From Octopus vulgaris (taxonomy: Eukaryota), in assembly GCA_951406725.2 (NCBI GenBank), contig CATOCA020000003.1, positions 248,001 to 312,000 of the forward strand: a stretch of 64,000 bases of DNA. The letters are read 5' to 3'. The notes below the pieces were generated by a model, which searched no databases, had not been told where the DNA came from, and was given only the letters and a program-made list of their open reading frames with translations. The position numbers were made by a program, and so were the translations under genes. Below are positions 51,130 to 63,880 of the stretch, one piece after another. Each line of letters begins with the position of its first letter. Within the stretch, counting starts at the first letter, position 1.

Positions 51130-54000
51130 AAAATCATGTTGGCATTCCAAAACTAAAGCAAAACCAAAGTTTTCTTCACTCCATCCATTCACATAAACTG
51201 AGGTCTGCCTCTGGTTCCGCTGCCTATCACTTTTGCCTTTATCATCCTCTTTAACATCTGCTCCACCCTCTCCATGTGGCCAAACCACTTCAACATTTGT
51301 CTATCCATTTTAGTACATAAATTCTTTTTCATTCCTGCTCGCCTTCGCACCTCATTCTTCATCCTGTCCATCCATGTCACCAACCATAGCTCTCAAACAT
51401 CTCATCTCAAACGCATCTAGTTGCCTCCTTTCTGCCTCTCTCAGACTCCATGTCTCTGCACCATATAACATTGTTGGACAATCATGACCTTATACACACC
51501 TCTTTTCACTGTCATACTCGACCTTTTATCTCTCAGCATACCTTTCACAAAGTGTTTTACTCCCCTCCCACTCCCTCAGCTAACCTCCCATCCACCATCA
51601 AATGTGATCCCAGATACTTAAAAACACACACCTCCTCTAACATCTCACCATTTATACTCACATTCATCCTACCAGCCATTCCATCTCTCGAACATCTCAT
51701 CACCTTAATCTTAGTTACATTCACCTTCGGTTTCCTCCACTCACACACTCTTCCTAACTCTACCACCAGTCTCCTCAGTTGCTCTTCCGAATCCACCACC
51801 AGTGCTGTATCATCAGCAAACAACAACTGACTCACCTGCCATTTCTCTCCATTTTCTCCCACCATTTGAGCTCCCCTACTAAAGGTTCTATCATTCACCT
51901 CTCTCACCACACCATCTATATAGAGATTAAACAGCTACGGAGACATCACACAACCCTGTCTTTACCCTACCTTCACATCAAACCATTCACTACTTCACCA
52001 CCCACCCTAATGCATGCCCTACTTTCTCTATTGAATTTCTGTATAGCTCTCAACAATCTACCATCTACTCCATACAATCGCAAAACCTTCCACATTGCAT
52101 CCTTATCTGCACAGTCATATGCCTTCTCTAGGTCCATAAAGACCCGATATACATCCCTCCCTTTTGCCAAAAAGTTCTCACACATCTACCATAATACAAA
52201 TAATTGATCTGCACACCCCCTTCCACTCCTAAAACCACATAGCTCCTCTCCTAGTACATTCTACCAACCACACATAGACTTATACCCCTAAAATTTCCAC
52301 ACATTTATCCCCTTTCCCCTAGTACAGTGGCACTATACAGGCACTGCACCAGTCCTCTGGTACTCTTCCAGCCATATAACAAACATTCATAAGCCTCACT
52401 AACCATTCAGTCACTGTCATTCCTTTTTTCTTTAGGCATTGCACTGTACACCCATCTATACCTGGCACCTTCCGGTTTGCCATCTTCTGCAAAGATTCTC
52501 TCACCTCCTCCTTTCCAATTGCACCATAGTTCCATTCCCCAGCAACAAGCATTCTCTCTTCTCCTACAGCCACTATAATTGCCTCCCTATCATCCTCCAC
52601 ATTTGACAGCTCACTAAAATACACTGCCCATCTCACTTTCAATAAATTTTCATTTACATCCTTCACCTTTTCTTCCCTTCCTCCAACCACCTTCCGTACC
52701 CTCTGTACTTCTTTCTAAAACATCTTTTTATACCTTACTCAACTCCCCCCCCACGACCCTTTCACTCGCCCCCTGTTTCACCACTCCCTTCAATTCTCTC
52801 TAACAATCATAAACTTCATCCCTTTTCTGCAAACACTCTTCAAAGGCCCTTTTCTTTTCTACCACTGCATCTCTTACCTGCTCATTCTACCACTCACTAC
52901 CTTTCCTCACACCCATTCCAACCACTCATGTACCACATACCTCAAAGGCACATCCCATTACTGCCTCTCTAAAGGCTTCCCACTCCTCCACATCTATCTC
53001 CAGTTTCTTAGCCTGTTCATATTCACCTCACAATTTCTCTACATATGCCTGCTCCTTCTCTCTATCCAGTTCACTCACCTTCATAACCTCTCTCCTCATT
53101 GTCACTCATCTAGCATTCCATTTTGAGCATACCTACAACTTACCTTGTACTAAGAAGTGATCTGACACTCCTCCACCTTCATCTCCCAGTACATGCACAT
53201 CTACCAACCTTCCTACCACTCTCATCAATTAATACATAATCCAGCAAGGCCCTATCCACAACTGTTCCTCCCTCCACCATGTGAACTTGTTTTTCTCACC
53301 ACTTTAAAAAAAACTATTTCCCACCACCAACTCCTGCTCCATACACATTTCCAACAACTTCCCTCCACTCTCATTCCGATCAGGAACTCCATATTTACCT
53401 ACTATATTTTCTACTTCCTCATTTCTCACTAGCGCATTCAAGTCATTCAACACCACCACATAGCCAGTTTTCCCAGTCCTATAGACACACTGTCACTTCC
53501 CTCCAGAACTCCTCTACTTCTTCCTCATCTCCTTTCACTCCCTGGACCATATGCATTAAAAAACACCCACATCTCTCCTCCCCACTTCATCTTAAACCAT
53601 ATTAACCTTGAAGATACTTCTCTCCGCTCCACCACTCTCCTACACACGCTCACTCACCAGCAATGCCACTCTCTCATGCCTGACACTCGTCCAGTCACAT
53701 CACCAAACTGGCACTCACACTTACCTTTCATCTTAGTTTTGCTCTGTGCAAGCACATCCATCCTTCTCCTCATCATCATACTCTCACACTTCCTATCTCT
53801 CTCCTCTTTACCTCACTTGTACTGCACCCATGCACATTCCATGACCCTTGTACTAGGGTGAGATTAGGTGCTAACGTTCTCTCACCCCCTTGTCTTTTTA
53901 GAAAACAGAATTACTAGGAGGAGTGGATCCCCAGTCCCTTCGCTCCTGCCCCTTTTATTTCCTTCTTATGCCACGCAGTGAATACAGCAACTGCATTCTA
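51130..54000 (-). mobile_element. Near full-length decayed RTE LINE of a distinct family lacking the PHD finger
   Basis: KVPGIDG..EWLVRLMNVC..VPEDWCSACIVPLY, FMDLEKAYD, WQVSQLLFADDTALV, FKYLGS and LKWFGHMER motifs; APE remnants to ~53850; 5' UTR ~53860-54000. Confidence 0.88.
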
Positions 54001-54273
54001 CTGCCCCCCCCCCCTACACACACACCTAGTTACAAAGGAGGTTGCTAGTTAACCCATAGCTGGGACTCTTACAGGTGCTACCAATCCGGGCCAGAGTAGA
54101 CCTGGGAAAAATAGTGGCTAAGAGGTGGTTCCACACTCCTCAAAACCTGAAACCAGGTCCTCAGAGTCTCACAACCAGATGTAGTTTAGAGTCATACCCA
54201 GGAGATATGTATATATACACACATATATATATATACACATATACACACATATATGTACATGCACACATGTATG

Positions 54274-54319
<46 letters not shown>

Positions 54320-54377
54320 CACACACACATTTACATATACATACATATACATACACACACACACACATATTAATTAA

Positions 54378-57300
54378 TATGAGATTGTAGAGATGCTTGA
54401 AAGGAGACGGGTTGATGTATGCTGCATACAAGAGGTAAGATGGAGAGGAGCTTCAGCTAGGGTCCTCACAGGCAAGGCACATAGGTATAAAGTCTTCAGG
54501 CAAGGTAACATGGATGGTGTGCAGGGTGTTGGCATACTCCTAGCGGAGAAATGGGTGGATAAGGTCATAGAGGTTGTCAGGGTATGTGATAGAGTGCTTA
54601 AGCTCAGGCTAGTCCTACAGAACAGCACAGCTACAATTATCTCCGCCTACGCCCCACATGTGGGGCTACCAAATGATCAGAAGGACCACTTTTATGATAC
54701 CCTTCCACAGGCTACCTCAAAGACGAGTGGAAATGACCTCATCTTTGTGGCTGGAGACTTTAATGGACATGTTGGGCGGGAATCTGGTATTTTCACTGGG
54801 GTACACGGAGGCCATGGTATTGGCACCCGAAGCGATGAAGGGACTAGGCTACTGGAATTCTGTGATGCATGTAACCTTTTAATCTGCAACACTAATTTCA
54901 GGAAGCCAAACAGTCACCTTATAACCTACAGGGGACTCTGCTAGCCAGATTGATTTCATCCTCACCAGACAGCGGGGCACAGAGTTGCTCTTAAATACAA
55001 AGACCCTCCCAGGTGAAGAATGTACTCCCCAGCATAGGCTAGTTATTAGTGACTTTAGGCTCGAAGCCAGAAGGATACGGATTTGGAAGCCAAAGAACAC
55101 TTCACATGGTCAGAGATTTAGAGACATCCTCATCAAGAAATTTGATGAGAGGGAGGAGGAGCTACAGATATCGGACATAGAAGGTAGCTGGAAATTTCTA
55201 CGGGACAGCTTGCTGAGTGCCACAGACCAAGTCTGCGGATGGTGCAAAGTCCCTTCCAGACCCAGAGTTATGTGGTGATGGAATAGTACGGTAGAGAAAG
55301 CCATCAGAGCAAAGAAACAGGCATGGAAAGCCTGGAGGGATGGGGGTAGCAGGGAACTGTACCAGGAAGCCAAAAGGGAGGCTGGGCGGTAGGTATACAT
55401 AGCCAAGTGCGAAGCGGAAAAGAAGAAGTTTGCCAATGTCCAGCGACATGAGGACCAAAGAACTGAGGTATTTCGGATTGCTAGACAGTGTGTGAGAGAA
55501 AATTGTGATGTCACAGGAGAAAAATGCATCTGCATGGATGATGGTGCACTTGCTTTAGTATTTCTGAAAAGAAAGAGGCTTGGAGAAGCCATTATGAAAG
55601 ACTGCTGAATGTAGAGGATGGATGGGAGGAGGAGAGCCTGCCAAATGTTGACCCAGTAGAGAGACCAGCTATCCCAATAGACAGCTCCCTAGTAGATAAA
55701 GCAATTAAGGGTATGAAGCCAGGAAAAGCCCCTGGCCCATCAGAAATCACTTCAGAGATGCTTAAAGCATCTGGTGGTGTCACCCGCATTGTAAACCAGG
55801 TAGTTCATAACGCATTGTAAACCAGGTAGTTCATAACAGAGTCATACCCAATAACTGGCGTAGCAGCACCATTGTCAACTGCTACAAGGGTAAAGGTGAT
55901 GCTCTAGATAGAAATAACTACAGGGGTATCAAACTGCTGGATCAGGTGATGAAAGTTACAGAGAGGGTCATAGTCCATCTCATTGGGAAGAGAGTCTGCT
56001 TAGATGAGATGCAGTTCAGTTTTGTTCCAGGTAGAAGCACCACTGATGCCATATTCCTGGTTCGACAACTGCAGGAGAAATACCTAGCTAAAGATAAACC
56101 CCTCTACTTAGCTTTTGTGGATTTGAAGAAAGCCTTTGACAGGGTCCCCCGATCACATATCTAGTGGGCAATGCGGAAACTGGAGATTGATGAATGGTTG
56201 ATAAGGGCTGTACATGCCCTATACAGAGAAGCCGTTAGTAAGGTTAGGATTGGCAATCCCGGGTAGAAGTATGGGTCCACCAAGGTTCAGCCCTCAGTCC
56301 CCTTTTATTCGTCATAGTCCTCCAGGCAATAACAGAGGAGTTCAAGATGGGTTGCCCCTGGGAGCTCCTCTATGCTGATGACCTGGCCCTCATAGCAGAA
56401 TCACTACCAGAACTAGAAAAGAAATTTTGGGTGTGGAAGCTAGGTTTAGAATCAAAAGGCCTTAGATTAAATGTGGCAAAGACCAAAGTCATAGTAAGCA
56501 GGAAGGCAAACTCATCACACACCCACTCAGGCCCTGCTCGATCTGTAGAAAAGGTGAAGGTAGAAACTCCATAAGATGTACCCGGTGTAAGCTATGGACG
56601 CATAAGAGGTGCAGCAACATCAAAGGAAATACCGAGAAGATAGCTTTCATGTGCAGCAGATGCACAGGGGCAATAGACACCACAGATACTCAGAAAACAG
56701 ATTCCATCACACTCCAGGGGGAGAAACTAGAAGTAGTTGATAGTTTCCGCTACCTGGGTGACCAAGTTAGTAGTGGAGGTGGATGCTCAGAGAGTGTCAC
56801 CACTAGAATATGAATAGCCTGGGCAAAGTTTAGAAAGCCTCTACTCCTACTGGCAACAAAGGGTCTCTCACTCAGAGTGAAAGGTTGATTGTACGACACA
56901 TGTGTGAGAACTGCCATGCTTCACGGTAGTGAAACATGGGCCATGACTGTAGAGGCCATGCGTAGGCTTGAAAGAAATGAAGCTAGCATGATCCGCTGGA
57001 TGTGTAATGTCAGTGTGCACACATGACAGAGTGTAAGCGCCCTGAGAGAAATGCTGGACATAAGAAGCATCAGATGTGGTGTGCAAGAGAGACGTTTGCC
57101 CTGGTATGGTCATGTACTACGAATGGATGAGGAGAGATGTGTGAAGAAGTGCCACTCCCAAACAGTTGAAGGTATCAGGGGGAGAGGTAGACCCAGGAAG
57201 ACATTGGGCCTCACAGACGCAATGATGAAAGACCGAGATCTCTGGAGATATGCTGTGACTGCAAAGACCCGACAAATAATGTGAGTTCATGGCTGTTTCC

Positions 57301-57678
57301 TGCACCAGTTTCGCATAGCCCCAGCCCATCCAAAGTACCTTGGATTGTAGGGTGACCTGCTGTGCTTGAGGAGACCTATTCAGTCAAGTACATCAACATT
57401 AAAATAAATATAAAATGGAAATTGCAGTAGTGATACCTGTGCTGGTGGCACGTAAAAAGCACCAACTGTTCGTGGCCACTGCCATCCTCCCCTGGTACCT
57501 GTGCCAGTGGTATGTAAAAAGCACTCACTACACTCATGGATTGGTTGGCGTTAGGAAGGGCATCCAGCTGTAGAAACACTGCCAGATGTGCAGCCTCCTG
57601 GCTTCCCAGACCCCAGTCGAACCGTCCAACCCATGCTAGCACAGAAACGGATGTTAAATGATGATGATGATGATGATG
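54378..57678 (+). mobile_element. Near full-length RTE LINE (PHD-finger family), the best-preserved copy
   Basis: APE ORF 54393-54944; RT (FVDLKKAFDRVP, HQGSALSP, LLYADDL); finger; FRYLG; LPWYGHV; RGRPRK; (GAT)n tail. Stops and frameshifts present. Confidence 0.93.
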
Positions 57679-57775
57679 ACATACAGCACCATGTTCATTC
57701 ACTTTTGAGATGAAGAAATACTAATATGGTTGTACAACCCCTCTGATACTTTATATAATATAATAGATTTTTTCC

Positions 57776-57833
57776 TCTACTGAAGAGGAAAAAATCTATT
57801 ATGAGATTAATTCCGAAATTGATTCAATATAGA
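57776..57833 (+). ncRNA. Minimal hammerhead ribozyme motif preceded by a fold-back copy
   Basis: TCTA-CTGAAGA-GGAA..AATCT/AGATT..TTCC-GAAA-TTGA-T-TCAA-TA-TAGA. Upstream AATAGATTTTTTCCTCT is the reverse complement of AGAGGAAAAAATCTATT. Confidence 0.65.
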
Positions 57834-58073
57834 AATAACAAACTTTTAAAAAAATTCTGTTGGCTAGCTTTCCTCGATTTCAGCACAACGTACTTCTGTA
57901 GTGGGTATAATAATATGTGGAAATTGACGATTTAAAAGTCTGTTATCAGCATATTGGCATAGAAATAATTTTCTTTTGCCCTTGTTTATAATTTCAACTT
58001 TTAAAGGTATTTTAATATGCTGCCACTTTTTTGATGGAATTTTTTTTCTGTAAAAAAACTTCATCCTATATTA

Positions 58074-58119
<46 letters not shown>

Positions 58120-58442
58120 CTTCTTACTGTTTTCTTTTTTGTTTACTTTTTCATTTTCTAGTTTTCCAGCCTTCCACCTTTTATATCTATTTCTTTCTTA
58201 ACTTTCATTTTCTTCTCTCATCCTATCAGCCTATTTTTAGCTTGTTATGCCATGTGGGCATTGCTCAAAAATTGCACTAAGGCACCAAACGTGTTAAAAA
58301 TGCCTTCTGAGATGCTTTCAAAGCATGAAACTAATAGTAGCACATAAAAACATATTTTGTATGTATTAAATAATATTCATCTCTCACCAGATGGAATACT
58401 TTTTTGTTGATCTTACCATCATGGAACAGTACACTATATAGG

Positions 58443-58640
58443 ATGGCAAGCTGGCAGAATCGTTAGCATGTTGGGCAAAATGCTTAGCAGTATTTTGTCT
58501 GCTGTTACGTTCTGAGTTCAAATTCTGCTGAGGTCAACTTTGCCTTTCATCCTTTCAGGGTTGATTAAATAAGTACCAGTTACAGACTGGGGTCAATGTA
58601 ATTGACTTAATCCGTTTGTCTGTCCTTGTTTGTCCCCGTT
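58443..58640 (+). mobile_element. tRNA-derived SINE (second family)
   Basis: GCTGGCAGAATCGTTAGC...GAGTTCAAATTC A/B boxes followed by TTTGCCTTTCATCCTTTC..GATTAAATAAGTACCAG; related copy at 48470-48670. Confidence 0.75.
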
Positions 58641-58674
58641 ACAAAGAGTAAATGGAAATTACACATGGAAATGT

Positions 58675-59095
58675 AAGGGGGAAGTAAGAAGAAAAAAAGA
58701 AAAAATGCACATTGGAAATCAAAAAAAGTAAACGCTTTTTATGAAAAGTAACAACAGATATAGACAACTAGATGAACTGAGGTGGGAATTCTGAATTGTT
58801 AAAGAGATTCAAAGGCATACCAGTTTTGTAAAATTACTGTTCACTGGCTTTGAATGCACACTGATTACCGAATGGTGTGGAGTCTACTAGTCCCTGAGCA
58901 AAAAGATTATGTGTAAGGAAGGTAAGTAGTTCTGGATTTGGTGCAATTAGAGTAGATATAATACTGTAATGTGAATGGTGTATGGGATGTATGGGGGTTA
59001 GTGGTTTTAATTGAAGGGTTACTAACCCTTCAATTAAAACCACTTTTTTTGATTTCCAATGTGCATGTTTGCTTTTTTTCTTCTTACTTCCCCTA
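58675..59095. repeat. Inverted-arm element with an internal near-perfect palindrome (pseudo-LTR-like)
   Basis: ~58677-58730 is inverted at ~59042-59093. There is a 22-bp-arm palindrome at ~59000-59044. Confidence 0.7.
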
Positions 59096-59979
59096 TATAT
59101 ATATGGGCCTGATGAAGCCTTCTGGCTTCACAGACCCCAGTAGAACCGTCCAACCAATGCTAGCATGGAAAACGGACGCTAAACGATGATGATGATGATG
59201 ATGATGATGATGATATATATATATACATAGATATATATTAGAAGAAATGAGGTACTCAGAAATCTGGATGGTTTTATATTTACAGATATTTATTAGTATG
59301 TTGGATGTACATACTTACATATATCTGTATATATATATATATATAAATATGCATATATGGGTACAGGACGTCACAAAACGTAAACAAGATGAAATACGAA
59401 GGCAAACAATGAGAGAAACAAATGGAAAATAAGACAAGTAACATAAAGAACGACCCTTTATCAGTTGTCCGCTGTTCATCTACTCCACATTTTGAGCAAT
59501 TAACGACAATATGAGGGTTTGAAAAACAGTTGCTCCCACGAACGAAAATAAAATTTGGGATTTGCAGAGGGTCAAAGTTGGTAACAAAAACAGGACAGTG
59601 GAGACATACAACAAACCAAATGAAAAGAAACATGGAGAGCTGTTAGGCCAGACGAGGTCAGGTAGCAAACGCTGGAGGAATATTCTTTGACAAGAGAAAA
59701 GATAGGAGACAGATAAGAATGCGTCTGGTCTGTGCGACAGACTGAAGGAAAAGAAGGATGATCACATGAGGAAAAGATAGATGGACAATGGTCACGTGTG
59801 AGCAATGAGAGGAAAGGAGGAAAAGGGGCAAGAGAGGGAGACAAACAGAAAACTGTGAAGGGAAGAAAAAAGAATTAGAGAAAGGATGAGAGAGAAAATG
59901 GAATGGGAGAAAAAGAATTAGAGAAAGGATGAGAGAGAGAGAACAGTACAGGTTAGAGTCGCATCAAAATTATTAAGAT

Positions 59980-62900
59980 ATTTGTTAAAGAGAATAACAA
60001 TCGTTAAGCCAAGACAAACATTTCAAGTCATATACATTATTATTATTAAAAAATTTAAAATCTTACAGCTGGGATATCTCAAAATATGGGAAATCCTATC
60101 ATCAGAGACAAATAGGGAAAATGTGAAGTGTATAGATTAAGGACACGATGAAATAAAGGACTGGAGAAATAAAGAATAAAGAAAAAAGAAACATAAAAGT
60201 TCACTTAAAATGCATGTCTTCTCTGACAAAACTGGAAACCTATACTCTCTTACCATCAAGGAATGCATTGGAATTATTAAGAAGGAGCCACACAAATCCT
60301 ATAGGATAGCCCCACAAGTCAGCCCTGGATACCATTAACACTAATCAATGCAAGCTTGTAGACATGCTTGAGGTCGACGACTGCATGGAGCACTACAACC
60401 CAAGAGCCCTACACTTTACCTTAAGGACCAGGCTTCTTAACCAAACCCTTTATAAGACTCATTTGCCCCACCAAATCTGATTTAGGATGAATCAGTAAAA
60501 ATATACTAGATAGAATTATACCTACTATTAGAAAGAAACTAAATGTAAGCTAATGGTCCTGCATAGGTGAGGTCATCACATGGTTCCACCTGCTTCAAAA
60601 CAAGAACACTACCTCATTCCTACAATTCGACATCAACAACTACAATGCCTCCATATCACCAATCCTCCTTAAGGATGCCCTGACTCTAGCTAAAAATCTA
60701 ACCAACCCAACCTTAGAAATAGATGTAATTCTATCTGCCAGGCAAACTCTCATATCCTTCGACAATAAGCTTTGGTTCCATGCTAACCGCAATACTAATA
60801 GAAACTTCTTCAATATAACCATGGGCTCATCCAACTCTGCTCAGGTCACAGATCTAGTCGGACTGTACCTCCTTCAACAGTTCCACACACACTTCCTCAA
60901 CATCAAAAGAGGTTTATATAGAGATGATGCATTAATAATTGCAACAGGCCTAACAAAATCTGCATTAGAAAAAATAGAAAACTCTTACATAAATTCTTTG
61001 CCAACTTTAACCTATCTATCTCTTTTGAAAACTCTTACAAAACAGCAAACTTTCTAGATGTTACCTTGGATTTAAACTCTTCACTTTACTTCCCATATCA
61101 TAAACCCAATCAATACCTTAAGTACATAAACACAGTATCTAGCCATCATAAATCTACATTCGAGAGTATAATCAAAGGCATATCCATCAGGATATCTGAT
61201 CTATCCACCACTGAGGAAATCTTCAATAACTATGCCACCTACTACAACCAAGCTCTAGCTAATAGTGGTTCCTCCCAGAAGATTCGATTTATAACCAACA
61301 CTAAACTCAAAGAACACCTCTCTAAACTTAACCCGAGATGAGCATGCCCACATATTGGATACCCAAACCCTCCCACTATAGTAAGTAAAACTTGCCTGTC
61401 TAGCACCCACATGCATAATACTTGATCTAAGAATACTAACATCAAATCCTACAACTCTCTAACATACACCAGGAATTGCACTTCCCCAAATTTACCTAAT
61501 AAAAGTGGTGTGAGATCAATTCTCTGGTACATACCTCCATTCACTTTAAACGTTAAGGCTCTTGCTAAAGCATTCTTTAAAATAGCAGACTCTAATTTCC
61601 CACATAACCATAAATACCATTCTGTCTTTAAAAGATCCACTTTAAAATTATCCTATTCCTCTACACCAAATATAGAATCTATTATCACCTCATCTAACAA
61701 ATGTAAACTTAGCTTTTACTATCTAAATGTATACAACCCTACCATAAATCTATACAACCGCTTGCAATAACATAGGCAACACCCCTGACCCTAACAATTT
61801 AAATAACTTAGATCTAGCTAATATAATCCCCACCTCCGAGGGAGCTGGGCACACAGTTGAAACCAATGGTAGTACTAATAAGAATACTGATACAAACAAT
61901 ACTAACTCTACTAAAACCAGTACAACCACTAACACTTCTACAATTACTAATAATATTAACAATAATACTAATACTACCACCAATGAAGATATTACCATTA
62001 CTGAAAATAATATACTAACACTATTACCACAAATGCTACTAATAATTACAATAATAATAATACTAATACCAATACCACTGCTACTACTACTAATAGTAAT
62101 AATAATTATAATAGCGATAACAATAATAATGGTAATGGTGGCAGTGATAATGATAATAGCAATAATGGCAATGATAACAACAATAACATGAACCGATCAC
62201 CTAATACAACACTAGCCTTTAACTTGTCTGCAAATAGCACTGCTTTATACCTCTCTATAACTAACCATCTTAGAACAGATAGTTGCAACTGCAAATCTGG
62301 GACCGACTGCTCACTGCAATCCCAATGCAGAAGATTCAATGTGGTATACCAATGCATCATCCACAACATATAAATAACTTCAATAGTTACTATATTGGAT
62401 AAACCATGAATTTTATACAAAGATATTCAGCACATTTAAACTCATTTAAATATAAAGAGCATAGCAATTCCTCATAATTAGCCAGGTACGTACACCATTT
62501 AATTAATAGAAAAATACAATATAGGTTATCCTGGGCTATAATAGATTCTGGCATCTCATATCAGGGCCAGTACTCCACTTGTGGACTCTACCTAAAAGAA
62601 GCCCTGAAAATTTTAACCCATAACTCACCACAATTACTCAACAAACACAACAAAGCCTTCACAATGTGTAAACACAACTTATTCTATAAATTCAAGTGTA
62701 AACTTACACCCCACACATAACACTTACATACATACCTCCATAGTTATTATTACATACCCTTGTATATCTTTTCTATCAATCTTAGTACCTTAGAAGATAA
62801 CTTAATTCTTTAACTTATCTTTAAACCTTAAACTCATAGATCCCCTAATCCTTAGTTGTAACTAAGTTATTCCTAAATAATTTCTCTATCCACACCTACT

Positions 62901-63880
62901 TCACATTCACCCTTTGTGAGACTCATACCCCCATAGAAATATTTCTATAGCTACTGACCTTAGCCATAAAAGGGACACAAACACTTACTACTTGACTTCC
63001 TGCTCCAACCCTAAAAACTTGAAGAATAGCACTGGCATCTACTGTCCTCTTTATATCCTCTTCTCTTTGAATCCCTTTCATTTTATTTTACTTAATTTTG
63101 TATTTTGCATCTTCCTTTACCTTGCTCCTCTCTCATTATTTACCCTTGTATACTTCTTTATCCTCTTATTCATTTTTGATTTTTTTTTTTGATTTTTGAT
63201 TTTTCCAGTTTCAGCTCATGAGCTGTGGCCATGCTGGGGCACCGCCATATGTGCATTATATTTTTATATTATTTTATTCTTCCTACCAATCCTTGCCAAT
63301 GCCCTGTCAATTGCATTCCTCCTCCTCCTCTCTCTGTACTTTCAGCTTCCCTACAAATACCTCTCTCTCCTATTTATTTTTCTTCTCTTTATCCCTCAAT
63401 AGCCATTTCTACTATCATTCCCTTATGAACCATTGATATGGTTATGTTTCTCTTTGGATATTTACACTATGGATTTACATAGGACTGTACCTAAAGACTT
63501 ATGGACAAGCATCTACACTATTGGAAAGTTGAACCGTGAACTTTTGTTTCCTTTTTCTTTATATCTTCTGTCCTTTATTTCGTATCCTCCACATTTTCCC
63601 CATTTGTCTCTGATGACAGAATATCCCATATTCTGAGATATCCCAGAAACAGCTGTAAGACTTTAAATTTTTTATTAATAATAATGTATATGACTTGAGA
63701 TGTTTGTCTTGCCTTAATGTTTGTTGTCCTCTTTAATAAATCTATATGTGCTAAATCAGAAATCTACAATGGTTCCATAACTCCCATCTCGGCTATAAGC
63801 TTGAAGCCCTGGTAATCCGTTACTGCACTTACTCAGCATACCTAGTCGTTTAGATCATCTGTGAATTAAACCCCCATATT
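59980..63880 (+). mobile_element. Penelope-like retroelement (RT plus C-terminal GIY-YIG; Nematis-like, tentative), 5'-truncated with an inverted pseudo-LTR
   Basis: QFDINNYNASI, TMGSSNSAQVTDLVG, GLYRDDAL, FLDVTLDL, YHKPN, ILWYIPPF, KLSYS..PN, CNC..C..C..NVVYQ, YIG and CGLYLKE..LLNK..CKH motifs in broken frames 60300-62700. The 3' pseudo-LTR (~63560-63865) has an inverted partial copy at 59980-60160. Ends at (TA)n. Confidence 0.88.
63606..63661 (+). ncRNA. Minimal hammerhead ribozyme motif in the PLE pseudo-LTR
   Basis: GTCT-CTGATGA-stem II-GAAAC-AGCT-GTA-AGAC; same family as 25233-25288. Confidence 0.78.

Noticed and set aside
55785-55837. 26-bp tandem duplication inside a LINE
   Set aside because: An ordinary local slippage duplication with no sign of function.
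57864-58064. 66-aa minus-strand ORF faintly resembling a GIY-YIG C-terminus
   Set aside because: Too short and degenerate to assign, and it is opposite in orientation to the adjacent hammerhead.
59440-59510. Possible permuted hammerhead in the 59220-59970 repeat
   Set aside because: Core nucleotides are mutated and the stems cannot be drawn convincingly.
60300-62700. Possible selenoprotein-encoding (Naiad-type) PLE
   Set aside because: The endonuclease is C-terminal, not N-terminal. The conserved Cys positions examined are TGC/TGT, and the stops look like random decay.
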